IMG/VR virus record: IMGVR_UViG_3300020473_000034
Location: 1-55,225 of that record
Reading direction: 5' to 3' (one strand)
Source of the DNA: a virus
Taxonomy: Duplodnaviria; Caudoviricetes
Length of the DNA: 55,225 bases
Shown: in pieces, positions 1-7,152 of the stretch
How positions within the stretch are numbered: the stretch's first letter is position 1
Layout of the letters: each line of letters opens with the position of its first letter
Position numbers and translations under genes: made by a program
Notes under the pieces: model-generated
What the model saw: the letters and a program-made list of their open reading frames with translations, nothing else
Databases searched by the model: none
What the model was told of the DNA's origin: nothing

Positions 1-165
1 GAGTATGCTGCTAATGCTACCGCATGTGAAGAGTTCCTATATGTGTTCACTTTAGATCATACATGGGAGTGCTATGCAATCAATCATACTTATGATGATG
101 ATTGGAATGTTATAGACACTAACATAGAAGGAAGAGAAATCCCATCTGAAGTGCCAGCAGAATAA
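1..165 (+). CDS. Partial (5'-truncated) hypothetical cyanophage early protein, C-terminus ...EEFLYVFTLDHTWECY...EVPAE
   Basis: Frame 1 is open from base 1 to TAA at 163-165. The stop lies inside the first palindromic promoter element. Confidence 0.7.
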   Translation, partial: EYAANATACEEFLYVFTLDHTWECYAINHTYDDDWNVIDTNIEGREIPSEVPAE

Positions 166-208
166 CTGGCACACTCGTCCTTGAAGCATGACGTTAAACT
201 GCTATACT
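151..208 (+). promoter_or_regulatory. Early promoter element copy 1: palindrome GTGCCAG-cagaataa-CTGGCAC, TTGAAG -35, TGcTATACT -10
   Basis: Perfect 7-bp inverted repeat at 151-157/166-172. TTGAAG is at 181-186 and TATACT at 203-208. Confidence 0.8.
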
Positions 209-213
209 ATAGA

Positions 214-328
214 AGTTGAGGCAAGGGTTCAATAATTTTGGATACGGCATACCAACACCTTATACCCCTCTATGGGTGAGGTCAATGCGAAAGATGGTAC
301 ACTCCTTATATTATTACTTGCTTCAACT
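214..328 (+). ncRNA. Putative structured ncRNA A (long rod-like hairpin starting at the predicted TSS)
   Basis: AGTTGAGGCAAG (214-225) pairs with CTTGCTTCAACT (317-328) with one G-U. Inner helices are AATAAT/ATTATT, TACCA/TGGTA, ACCT/AGGT and ACCC/GGGT. No convincing ORF. Confidence 0.6.
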
Positions 329-379
329 GCTCTAATCTCCTTTGGTAGTTTCAGGATTAGGGGCGATAGGAAACTACCA
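329..379 (+). ncRNA. Putative ncRNA B: H-type pseudoknot
   Basis: Stem 1 is CTCTAATC (330-337) with GATTAGGG (355-362). Stem 2 is TGGTAGTTTC (343-352) with GAAACTACCA (370-379), a perfect 10 bp interleaved with stem 1. Confidence 0.6.
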
Positions 380-466
380 TGATAGGCAGTTAGGTCTAAA
401 GATGCTTTGACCTCTGATTCACTTATGATGATTTAAGTCCGTACTGCAATTACTAACTGCCTATCA
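380..466 (+). ncRNA. Putative ncRNA C: multibranch RNA with a 14-bp closing stem
   Basis: TGATAGGCAGTTAG (380-393) is the exact complement of CTAACTGCCTATCA (453-466). Internal hairpins lie at about 393-412 and 421-438. Confidence 0.6.
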
Positions 467-475
467 CCATTATTT

Positions 476-547
476 CAGGGCAAGGATCTATGGTTGTCTC
501 TGTTCAGCAGAGAAATTACGTCCTGTAAGTCCCATTTTGTAAACCCT
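476..547 (+). ncRNA. Putative ncRNA D / 5' leader structure
   Basis: Hairpin TCTCTG-ttcag-CAGAGA (497-513) is enclosed by weaker GGG..GGA/TCC..CCC pairings. The stretch is non-coding and GC-richer than its flanks. Confidence 0.4.
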
Positions 548-560
548 AGACACATTTATT

Positions 561-689
561 ATGTCAGCACCAGTTCAATCAGCAGTATCTCCAAACTTTG
601 CAGAGTTCCTATTGGACAATGCAGTAGATGGAAATGAAATCCTAGCAGTCCTTGATGATATTGCAGAGGTGAGTGATACTGCACTATGA
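561..689 (+). CDS. Small acidic hypothetical protein (42 aa, MSAPVQSAVSPNFAEFLLDNAVDGNEILAVLDDI...)
   Basis: Manually translated ATG..TGA that ends right at element copy 2. Confidence 0.7.
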   Translation: MSAPVQSAVSPNFAEFLLDNAVDGNEILAVLDDIAEVSDTAL

Positions 690-691
690 TT

Positions 692-750
692 GTGACAGTA
701 CATTAAGATACACACCAAACCCCCGAAAGGGGGTTTTTTATTGGTATAAT
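692..750 (+). promoter_or_regulatory. Early promoter element copy 2 with embedded hairpin/terminator
   Basis: GTGACAG-tacattaa-GATACAC, then AAACCCCC-gaaa-GGGGGTTT plus a T tract, then TGgTATAAT (745-750). Confidence 0.8.
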
Positions 751-776
751 ATAAGAGTAAACAACAAAGAACTCTT

Positions 777-938
777 ATGAGGTATTCAGTTCATTGCCCA
801 TCCGCACCCTATGAGAACTCTTCATTTGTTGAACTTGACGATTGTTGGGGTTTATGCCTTGACCTATCCGAAGAGTATGGATATGCGGAAGTAAGAAATG
901 GGAATTGTTTTTTGGGTTCCTATACTAACGGACAGTAA
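777..938 (+). CDS. Small hypothetical protein (53 aa, MRYSVHCPSAPYENSSF...)
   Basis: ATG at 777 follows promoter copy 2. The TAA at 936-938 lies in the spacer of copy 3. Confidence 0.7.
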   Translation: MRYSVHCPSAPYENSSFVELDDCWGLCLDLSEEYGYAEVRNGNCFLGSYTNGQ

Positions 939-985
939 AGAAACTGTCCATAAATGCCCTATTAAGGGGCATTTTCCTTTATAAT
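929..985 (+). promoter_or_regulatory. Early promoter element copy 3 with embedded hairpin
   Basis: GGACAG-taaagaaa-CTGTCC, hairpin AAATGCCCT..GGGGCATTT, TATAAT at 980-985. Confidence 0.8.
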
Positions 986-1012
986 AGAAAAGTAAACAAC
1001 ATTCAGGAGAGT

Positions 1013-1381
1013 ATGCCACTAACAGCAATTCCAACAATAGCAGTTTTTCCTGAAGAGAAACTAACTCAGGAACAAAAAATTGAAAAGTGGGTATGGCAAT
1101 TATGCCGTTCACTTGAACAGAATTATGAGTTGAGGTATCCAAACTCAAGTAACCCTGTAACATTCTCAATGAGTGGGGGTCGTAAGTATTGGAAGGTCAA
1201 CCAAGTTAATGGTGGAGTTCATGCTTTTGTTGATAAGAAAACTGGTGAGGTTTATAAACCTGCTAGTTGGAGGTCACCAGCAAAGTATGTAAGATTTGAT
1301 TTAAGACTCATTAAAGATCGTGCATTATTACATGATCCAACATTCACAGATTGGGCAGGTGGTTATCTCTATATTAGATAA
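1013..1381 (+). CDS. Conserved phage hypothetical protein (RKYWKV...VHAFVDKKTGEVYKPASW.SPAK motif)
   Basis: ORF track, AGGAG RBS, and a motif recalled from T4-like cyanophage early genes. Confidence 0.8.
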   Translation: MPLTAIPTIAVFPEEKLTQEQKIEKWVWQLCRSLEQNYELRYPNSSNPVTFSMSGGRKYWKVNQVNGGVHAFVDKKTGEVYKPASWRSPAKYVRFDLRLIKDRALLHDPTFTDWAGGYLYIR

Positions 1382-1419
1382 TCATCCCCACAAATTGTAA
1401 ACCTTCGATAACATTTATT

Positions 1420-1611
1420 ATGCGTATTACTACCAACAAACTTGACTTTCTATCTGATGTATTAGAGGATTTTTGTGATTTGCACAAAATTGAATTGATG
1501 TCCGCGGATGATATTTTATATGGTAGTTACAGAGACAAATTAACATCATATCAAATATCATGGTTGGAACAATACATTGAAACATGGGACATTATTCAGG
1601 AGGTAAATTAA
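1420..1611 (+). CDS. Hypothetical acidic protein (63 aa)
   Basis: ORF track, operon-like packing. Confidence 0.7.
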   Translation: MRITTNKLDFLSDVLEDFCDLHKIELMSADDILYGSYRDKLTSYQISWLEQYIETWDIIQEVN

Positions 1612-1823
1612 TGAGTGAAGATCTAAATCGTAAGCACTCAGTAACATTAACTGAAGGGCAAATATCCACCATATTATACATTATGGAGGGATATATTCAA
1701 GGGTCTGATGATTATACTGAAGAATCCGAATTTGGCATTGATGTAAATAGTATTTTTGAAGAATTAGAGAGTGTTACCGACCAAACTTTCTTAGATGTAA
1801 ATAACACTGGAGGTAAGTATTAG
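1611..1823 (+). CDS. Hypothetical acidic protein (MSEDLNRKHSVTLTEGQIS...)
   Basis: AGGAGG RBS before ATG 1611, which overlaps the upstream stop. Start corrected from 1584. Confidence 0.7.
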   Translation: MSEDLNRKHSVTLTEGQISTILYIMEGYIQGSDDYTEESEFGIDVNSIFEELESVTDQTFLDVNNTGGKY

Positions 1824-1981
1824 TGAGAACATTACATCTAACCCATGATGAGTTTGATACACTTTATGATGTAATCTTAGAGAGTTATCAACATGTAAAG
1901 CATGAAAAGGTTGAGACAGAAAGTGATGAAAATCTTTATAAAATCTATCAAAAATTAATTCACATTAGAGGAAACAATTAA
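1823..1981 (+). CDS. Hypothetical protein (52 aa, GTG start)
   Basis: Manual translation. GGAGG RBS upstream, and it fills the gap between its neighbours. Confidence 0.6.
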   Translation: MRTLHLTHDEFDTLYDVILESYQHVKHEKVETESDENLYKIYQKLIHIRGNN

Positions 1982-1982
1982 C

Positions 1983-2180
1983 ATGAATAAATTAACCTAT
2001 TCTGACTCACCATTCTTCTCAAATTGGAGTCAAAGTTACTTCACTAATTTAACATTAAGTCAACACATTGCTAACAACAACTGGTTTATGAATACACTCT
2101 CTATGTTAAAAGATGATGGTGTATTATATGTCCCAGTTCTTGATAAGAACTTCAACAGATTAGGAGAAGAAGTATGTTAG
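1983..2180 (+). CDS. Hypothetical protein (65 aa)
   Basis: ORF track, GAGG RBS. Confidence 0.7.
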   Translation: MNKLTYSDSPFFSNWSQSYFTNLTLSQHIANNNWFMNTLSMLKDDGVLYVPVLDKNFNRLGEEVC

Positions 2181-2257
2181 TCTATGTAATTGGATTACTA
2201 ATGGTAATCACAATCTGTTTATTCGTTTACTATCTTTCACTTTACAATCCTCATTAA
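2174..2257 (+). CDS. Small single-TM peptide (MLVYVIGLLMVITICLFVYYLSLYNPH)
   Basis: Manual translation. AGGAG RBS and a hydrophobic 27-aa product. Confidence 0.55.
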   Translation: MLVYVIGLLMVITICLFVYYLSLYNPH

Positions 2258-2259
2258 CC

Positions 2260-2520
2260 ATGAAAAATTACACAATTACTATTGATGTATTAGATGCAGT
2301 TTATGATTTTTATCCTGGATTATCAACAGAAGATGCTACGAGAATTGCTGACCTAATTGTTGATAGGTGGGATTACACTGGAGATTATGATAGAGTTGCA
2401 GATGATATTACATGGTATGCTGATTCACTAGATATAGATTTAAAAGGTAAAGATGGGGTTGAGGAACAACCCGATAACATTTATGTACTAGATTCGCCTA
2501 AGACTTCTTTATTTCCATGA
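2260..2520 (+). CDS. Hypothetical acidic protein (86 aa)
   Basis: ORF track. Confidence 0.7.
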   Translation: MKNYTITIDVLDAVYDFYPGLSTEDATRIADLIVDRWDYTGDYDRVADDITWYADSLDIDLKGKDGVEEQPDNIYVLDSPKTSLFP

Positions 2521-2708
2521 TTAACACTACTATATCTTTTAAACCGACTACGAGATTTACACGTGCAGGTAAACGTGGTAAACATATTATGTGTCCTAAT
2601 TGTAAATCAATCTCTAAAGTTTATCACTTCTCATGGTCATCATTACATTGTAACCATTGTGAAGAATACATTGATAAATCATTGTGGAGTGTTGAACAAT
2701 GCAAATGA
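2517..2708 (+). CDS. Small zinc-ribbon protein (CPNC...CNHC)
   Basis: Two CxxC pairs and an ATGA overlap with the upstream gene. Confidence 0.7.
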   Translation: MINTTISFKPTTRFTRAGKRGKHIMCPNCKSISKVYHFSWSSLHCNHCEEYIDKSLWSVEQCK

Positions 2709-3004
2709 ATAATCAAACTAAATTAACATTTGCATTGGAACATATTGCACACCTTGAAGATTACATTGAAAAGGAATCTTCGTTGTTTCAACCACTCTCA
2801 ACGATCAAGATTGAATTAGAAAAACAACTCAAATTAGAACAAAATAGGAAAACTAAAATGTCACAAACTCCAGAAGATTTAATCGTTAAATTAACAGAAA
2901 TTGCCGACAAATTAGGTGGTAGTTTATCACATTTTACTACACATAATAGTTCAGGTAGAACATCAAATAAGATTGTAATCGAATATGACATAAAAGAGAA
3001 ATAG
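2705..3004 (+). CDS. Hypothetical protein, possibly two fused small modules (MNNQ.. and MSQTPEDL..)
   Basis: ORF track. ATGA overlap at 2705 and an internal in-frame ATG preceded by AGGA. Confidence 0.65.
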   Translation: MNNQTKLTFALEHIAHLEDYIEKESSLFQPLSTIKIELEKQLKLEQNRKTKMSQTPEDLIVKLTEIADKLGGSLSHFTTHNSSGRTSNKIVIEYDIKEK

Positions 3005-3007
3005 TGT

Positions 3008-3064
3008 ATGCCACTTTATAAAGTGAACACTAAATCGTTAAATGTTAATGTTTTGGTGTAATAT
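3008..3064 (+). promoter_or_regulatory. Early promoter element copy 4
   Basis: ATGCCAC-tttataaa-GTGAACA, with -10 TAATAT at 3059-3064 at the usual spacing. Confidence 0.65.
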
Positions 3065-3087
3065 GTAAACAATGTATAACAAATCCC

Positions 3088-3642
3088 ATGAACGATTTTA
3101 TTAAACATTTGGAAAATATTGTAGACTGGGATAAAGTTTTTGGTGTTGTCAATTCTTTATACTTAGATAAAGGATTTACATCAAACGCTGATAACTTTGC
3201 AAGGGCAACTATGGTAGAGAAAGCATTAGATAAGTTCTCTAATTTGAAAAGAGTTGATAAGAATGGATATGATTTCTTATTTAATGATAAGAAAGTAGAG
3301 TTAAAGATGGGTAAAAACTTATTCTATAAGAGGAAAGATCCCAATGCAACTAAGAAGTTTAAGGTTAAATCTTTCCTAAGTGAGACTAAAACAGTGGAGG
3401 ATTTTAAACAAATTAGTACATACGATTATCTCCTTGTTATAGATTTAACGGCAAAAAGAGTGGTGGTAGTTAATGATGAACATGCACGAAGTTTATATAC
3501 TGAAGGTGCTGACGGTGCTATGATTTCATTGAATAAAGGTGATTATTATGAGTGTAATTTACCTGAAATAAATGTTATCGAACCACCTGTAAATCTTTCA
3601 GTATTGTATAATAGAGCAGATGAACAGTTCTTATCATTTTAG
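3088..3642 (+). CDS. PD-(D/E)XK / restriction-endonuclease-like protein
   Basis: Helix with E (TMVEKAL), then GYDF..KKVELK motif and YDYLLVID strand. Confidence 0.55.
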   Translation: MNDFIKHLENIVDWDKVFGVVNSLYLDKGFTSNADNFARATMVEKALDKFSNLKRVDKNGYDFLFNDKKVELKMGKNLFYKRKDPNATKKFKVKSFLSETKTVEDFKQISTYDYLLVIDLTAKRVVVVNDEHARSLYTEGADGAMISLNKGDYYECNLPEINVIEPPVNLSVLYNRADEQFLSF

Positions 3643-3644
3643 AT

Positions 3645-3723
3645 ATGACACTTTATAAACTGGTACGTTTTTACAACAGAATGTAACAAAATGCCCCATA
3701 ACGTGATTTCTATCTGTTATAAT
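3645..3723 (+). promoter_or_regulatory. Early promoter element copy 5 (longer spacing)
   Basis: ATGACAC-tttataaa-CTGGTAC, with TGtTATAAT at 3718-3723. Confidence 0.65.
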
Positions 3724-3752
3724 TTGGGAGTTAACATGAATTTTTCTAATTT

Positions 3753-4181
3753 ATGCCTGTAAAGTCAACCTCTGCATCTGCTGTAAAATCAACATCTACA
3801 CGCAAAAGACGCACTCGTAAGACTTCACAAACTGCCGCAAAATCAGTGGCAAAAGTAACACCAACTCTAAAAACAGTTAGTGTTAAGAATGTAGGTCAAT
3901 CTCCTGCAAAAGTAACACCAACTCCAAAAACAGTTAGTGTTAAGAAAGCAGTCAAATCTCCTGCCAAGAAAGTATCAACAAGGAAACTAAAAAGACCTGC
4001 TAAAACAGTTTTAACTCTCAATCATTATGTGAGAGACTATCAATCAAGGGTTAAGATTCACAACTATGAGTTTAACTTATTCCTTGAAGATTGCAAAAAA
4101 GGTTTACAATTAGCAGACAAATCTCTTCGCAGTTTTTATGATTATGCTTTACAATCTTACAAAATACACTTTAATGTGTGA
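3753..4181 (+). CDS. Basic protein with a Lys/Ser/Thr/Pro-rich histone-H1-like N-terminus
   Basis: ORF track. Contains RKRRTRK and repeated SPAK/KVTPT..KTVSVK motifs. Confidence 0.75.
   Translation: MPVKSTSASAVKSTSTRKRRTRKTSQTAAKSVAKVTPTLKTVSVKNVGQSPAKVTPTPKTVSVKKAVKSPAKKVSTRKLKRPAKTVLTLNHYVRDYQSRVKIHNYEFNLFLEDCKKGLQLADKSLRSFYDYALQSYKIHFNV
3849..3962 (+). repeat. Two tandem 57-bp imperfect repeats (19 aa each)
   Basis: GCAAAAGTAACACCAACTC(T/C)AAAAACAGTTAGTGTTAAGAA... occurs at 3849 and 3906. Confidence 0.85.
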
Positions 4182-4238
4182 CAGTAAGATTAGTGGCATA
4201 TAAAACCCCCACTTGGGGGTTTTTTAATGTATTATAAT
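4178..4238 (+). promoter_or_regulatory. Early promoter element copy 6 with embedded hairpin/terminator
   Basis: GTGACAG-taagatta-GTGGCAT, then AAAACCCCC-actt-GGGGGTTTT plus T, then TATTATAAT (4230-4238). Confidence 0.85.
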
Positions 4239-4264
4239 AATATAAACAAATTTCCAGGAATTTT

Positions 4265-4513
4265 ATGACAGTATTGATTGAGACAATGGTAGACACTTCT
4301 CCAAACGTCCCATCATTATTTGAAATCATTAAGGACAATGTTGAGTTTTATTTCAGTGATGCTCACGAAATCGGTTCCTCAGATGTTTCAATATGTGTCA
4401 ATTCAGTCATCCAAGATTATTCACCCTTGACTGCCAATTTCGCAAGTGTCCCAACGCGTAGGGAAATTCGTAGGTCAGTCAACGAGGCAATCAGTGTGAT
4501 GGGTGACGACTGA
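4265..4513 (+). CDS. Hypothetical protein (82 aa)
   Basis: ORF track. A single-gene cassette between copies 6 and 7. Confidence 0.75.
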   Translation: MTVLIETMVDTSPNVPSLFEIIKDNVEFYFSDAHEIGSSDVSICVNSVIQDYSPLTANFASVPTRREIRRSVNEAISVMGDD

Positions 4514-4563
4514 TAAAGTGGCACACTAAACCCCCATTTGGGGGTATTTTCATGTATTATAAT
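4503..4563 (+). promoter_or_regulatory. Early promoter element copy 7 with embedded hairpin
   Basis: GTGACGA-ctgataaa-GTGGCAC, then CCCCC-attt-GGGGG, then TATTATAAT (4555-4563). Confidence 0.85.
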
Positions 4564-4587
4564 AGAGTAGTCAATCAAAGGTATTTC

Positions 4588-4827
4588 ATGGAAATCACTT
4601 CAAAAGATGGAAATATGGTTGTTGACTTCTATCCTGTAAAGAATTGGGATGGTAAATTGATTAACAATCGTATGCTCAAAGTATTATCATTTCGTGGTGA
4701 TACTCAAAAGAAAATGATAATATCTCGTGCTGAGTTTGGTCATCAAGTAAGAGAGTATATTCATCACTATAAGTATAAACTTACATCTAAGTATTCACCA
4801 GCACAATTTGTTACTTTGGAGGGTTAA
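4588..4827 (+). CDS. Hypothetical protein (MEITSKDGNMVVDFYP...)
   Basis: ORF track. Start moved to ATG 4588 because 4552 lies inside the promoter. Confidence 0.75.
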   Translation: MEITSKDGNMVVDFYPVKNWDGKLINNRMLKVLSFRGDTQKKMIISRAEFGHQVREYIHHYKYKLTSKYSPAQFVTLEG

Positions 4828-4829
4828 TC

Positions 4830-5057
4830 ATGTTTAAAAGTGAAACATTTGGAAGAATTTTCTGGGTTGATGATAACAATGATTTCAAATCATGCCCACT
4901 AAATGTAGATGGAACGGGTGATTTTACCTGTGAAGATTATGTTTCAGAGTGGACAGATTGGGAGGGAGTTGATTATGAAACTCTCTTTAATATCCATCAG
5001 TCATGTGTACTTAACAAGAATAATTACGCAGGTTCACTAACAATCAATGGAGTGTAA
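4830..5057 (+). CDS. Hypothetical protein (75 aa)
   Basis: ORF track, GGAGG RBS. Confidence 0.75.
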   Translation: MFKSETFGRIFWVDDNNDFKSCPLNVDGTGDFTCEDYVSEWTDWEGVDYETLFNIHQSCVLNKNNYAGSLTINGV

Positions 5058-5063
5058 TTAATA

Positions 5064-5291
5064 ATGAAATTATTAGTAACCCAAATTGAATTTGATTTCA
5101 ATGATAGTTTAAGTGATGAATATAGTTTATCATTAGATGAGCAAATTGCCATTACTAATGATAACTTAGGCATTTGGGAAGTTGATAACGAGGATGAATT
5201 AGTTGATAAGATAAGTGATAATTCAGGTTGGTGTATTAAGTCTATTGATTATACTTCTAATCTTATAAATCCACTCACAAGTTATCTTTAA
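5064..5291 (+). CDS. Hypothetical acidic protein (..ISDNSGWCIKSIDY..)
   Basis: ORF track, GGAG RBS. Confidence 0.75.
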   Translation: MKLLVTQIEFDFNDSLSDEYSLSLDEQIAITNDNLGIWEVDNEDELVDKISDNSGWCIKSIDYTSNLINPLTSYL

Positions 5292-5305
5292 GGAGGACAA
5301 TTCTA

Positions 5306-5536
5306 ATGACTAAATTATTAAACAGTTACACATTTGAAGCAAAGAAAATTGTATATTATTCAGTAACAGTTGGTGCAAATAATAAAACTGAAGCAAGAAG
5401 AATTGCATCTGATTTTGAACATTGCCAACATTATGAGGAGGTTGAGTATGTAGAAGGATATGAATATAAGGTAGGTAAGTTATTAGAATCAACTGATGAA
5501 AAGGCATGTAAATCAATTAAATCAACGGAGGATTAA
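5306..5536 (+). CDS. Hypothetical protein (76 aa)
   Basis: ORF track, AGGAGG RBS. Confidence 0.75.
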   Translation: MTKLLNSYTFEAKKIVYYSVTVGANNKTEARRIASDFEHCQHYEEVEYVEGYEYKVGKLLESTDEKACKSIKSTED

Positions 5537-5537
5537 C

Positions 5538-6446
5538 ATGACTAATTTACATATAGAACACCCCGAAGATACTATTTTAACTGGTGATTTATCAGTGCTT
5601 GATGCACTATTAGTACCCTCACATTTATCTGTTAAAATAGACGGAGCACCTGCAATCGTATGGGGGAAACATCCACAAACTAACAGGTTTTTTGTAGGTA
5701 CAAAATCAGTTTTTAATAAGAAGTTAGTCAAGGTAAATTATAATCACGATGAAATAGAAACTAATCATGGAACTGGAGATGTTGCCACTATTTTACACAA
5801 ATGCCTTTGTTATTTGCCCTTTACTGATAACATTTATCAAGGTGATTTTATCGGGTTTGGTGGTAAATCAGAATACACACCTAACACAATAACTTATACA
5901 TTTGATGATGAAATTGATGAGCAAATTATAATAGCACCTCACACAAGATATGTGCTTGATGGTGAATATAATGGTGATGAAAATGTACTGCGTGAGTGTG
6001 TATCAATACCATTATTATATGAACTAATTGATAGCGAAGAGTGTAAATTTGTTCAACCAAATGCAACTTATGATCTTGAAGATTCACTTGTTAATAGAAT
6101 CAAATTTGCCAAAAGTATGGCACAATTAGTAACATTTGTGGATGATAAAGAGTCAATAAGATTAAAGAAAGTGTTGAATGAATGTATTAAACAACAGATA
6201 GAAATAGACTCTTATGATTTTCCAGGAAATGAAAGTCTTATTGACTATTGGTTACTTATCAAGAGTATTAAGGAGGAATTGTTATCATCATGTTTCGATG
6301 ATTGTGAGATGATGAGTTACATTGAATATGAGGAATGTGATGGGGAAGGTTATGTTTTAACAAACCCGATTGGCACCTATAAAATAATAGATAGGGAATA
6401 TTTTAGTCATAAAAACTTCACTTTAGCAAAGCGATGGGACAGTTGA
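5538..6446 (+). CDS. Conserved cyanophage protein (recalled as DUF6267-like) with ATP-dependent ligase/nucleotidyltransferase motifs
   Basis: HIEHPED N-terminus, SVKIDG (motif I KxDG), IYQGD, EGYVL and YKII. GGAGG RBS before ATG 5538. Confidence 0.7.
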   Translation: MTNLHIEHPEDTILTGDLSVLDALLVPSHLSVKIDGAPAIVWGKHPQTNRFFVGTKSVFNKKLVKVNYNHDEIETNHGTGDVATILHKCLCYLPFTDNIYQGDFIGFGGKSEYTPNTITYTFDDEIDEQIIIAPHTRYVLDGEYNGDENVLRECVSIPLLYELIDSEECKFVQPNATYDLEDSLVNRIKFAKSMAQLVTFVDDKESIRLKKVLNECIKQQIEIDSYDFPGNESLIDYWLLIKSIKEELLSSCFDDCEMMSYIEYEECDGEGYVLTNPIGTYKIIDREYFSHKNFTLAKRWDS

Positions 6447-6494
6447 TAAACTGGTATAAAATCATTGACTTTTACCCCTTTTTATGTGTATAAT
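6436..6494 (+). promoter_or_regulatory. Early promoter element copy 8 (with -35 box, no hairpin)
   Basis: GGGACAG-ttgataaa-CTGGTAT, TTGACT at 6465-6470, TATAAT at 6489-6494. Confidence 0.8.
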
Positions 6495-6500
6495 AAAGGT

Positions 6501-6809
6501 ATGAAAAATTCAAAATCACTATTCTCTCAGTCCATAGATTTGACTGATGACTATCTATCATTTGAGTATGTTAAAGGTGTAACAACCTCAGTATTTGACA
6601 CCTATCGTAGACAAAATGATCTCGGAATTAATATCACTATCTATCATTATGCCAATGATATTTTCAAGGTTAATGTTATGGATTATGATGATTCTAAGGG
6701 TTGCATTGTAGGAAATGAAACTCAATTAGGTGAGTTCGATAACATTTATGATGCCGAAGATTGTGTCGAAACATATCTCAAAGATGTATTACTTGACTTA
6801 GGAGTTTAA
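6501..6809 (+). CDS. Hypothetical protein, likely leaderless (ATG at the predicted TSS)
   Basis: ATG lies 6 nt after the -10 box. The ORF-track start at 6465 is the TTG of the -35 box. Confidence 0.7.
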   Translation: MKNSKSLFSQSIDLTDDYLSFEYVKGVTTSVFDTYRRQNDLGINITIYHYANDIFKVNVMDYDDSKGCIVGNETQLGEFDNIYDAEDCVETYLKDVLLDLGV

Positions 6810-6811
6810 CA

Positions 6812-6940
6812 ATGAGTTGCCTACAAAATGAATTAATTCTTGAAACTTTATTCGATGAAGTTTGCGAAGAGTTTCCTAACAATAGTGATGAAATTAATGC
6901 CACTATTGCACAACAAAGATTTGACGATTTATGTCAATGA
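6812..6940 (+). CDS. Small acidic protein (MSCLQNELILETLFDEVCEEFP...)
   Basis: Manual translation. AGGAG RBS, and the N-terminus resembles a family recalled from cyanophages. Confidence 0.7.
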   Translation: MSCLQNELILETLFDEVCEEFPNNSDEINATIAQQRFDDLCQ

Positions 6941-7149
6941 AAGTATTAACAACAGGCAGAATTATCGGGTCATTCTTGATAGTTACTGCCTATTTTATTG
7001 TTTTACATGTATCGGCAACATTAGGGGCATTAATGCACTTAATTGCCAACGTAATTAGTATCCCATTCTTTATAAGAACTAAGGCACATGATGTGGTTAT
7101 TATGTTAACATTCCTTATGGTAATATCACTCAGCAAAATTATTACATAG
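6937..7149 (+). CDS. Small membrane protein (about 3 hydrophobic segments)
   Basis: ORF track 6931-7149. ATGA overlap at 6937 and a hydrophobic product. Confidence 0.7.
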   Translation: MKVLTTGRIIGSFLIVTAYFIVLHVSATLGALMHLIANVISIPFFIRTKAHDVVIMLTFLMVISLSKIIT

Positions 7150-7152
7150 CGG

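Noticed and set aside
221-240. GGTTCAAT resembling a tRNA T-loop
   Set aside because: There is no proper T-stem, D-arm, anticodon arm or acceptor stem, so no tRNA is supported.
428-449. TGATTTAA..CCGTACTGCAA resembling the SAM-II riboswitch core
   Set aside because: The P1 stem and the 3' pseudoknot strand of SAM-II are not evident, and the segment lies inside a different 14-bp closing helix.
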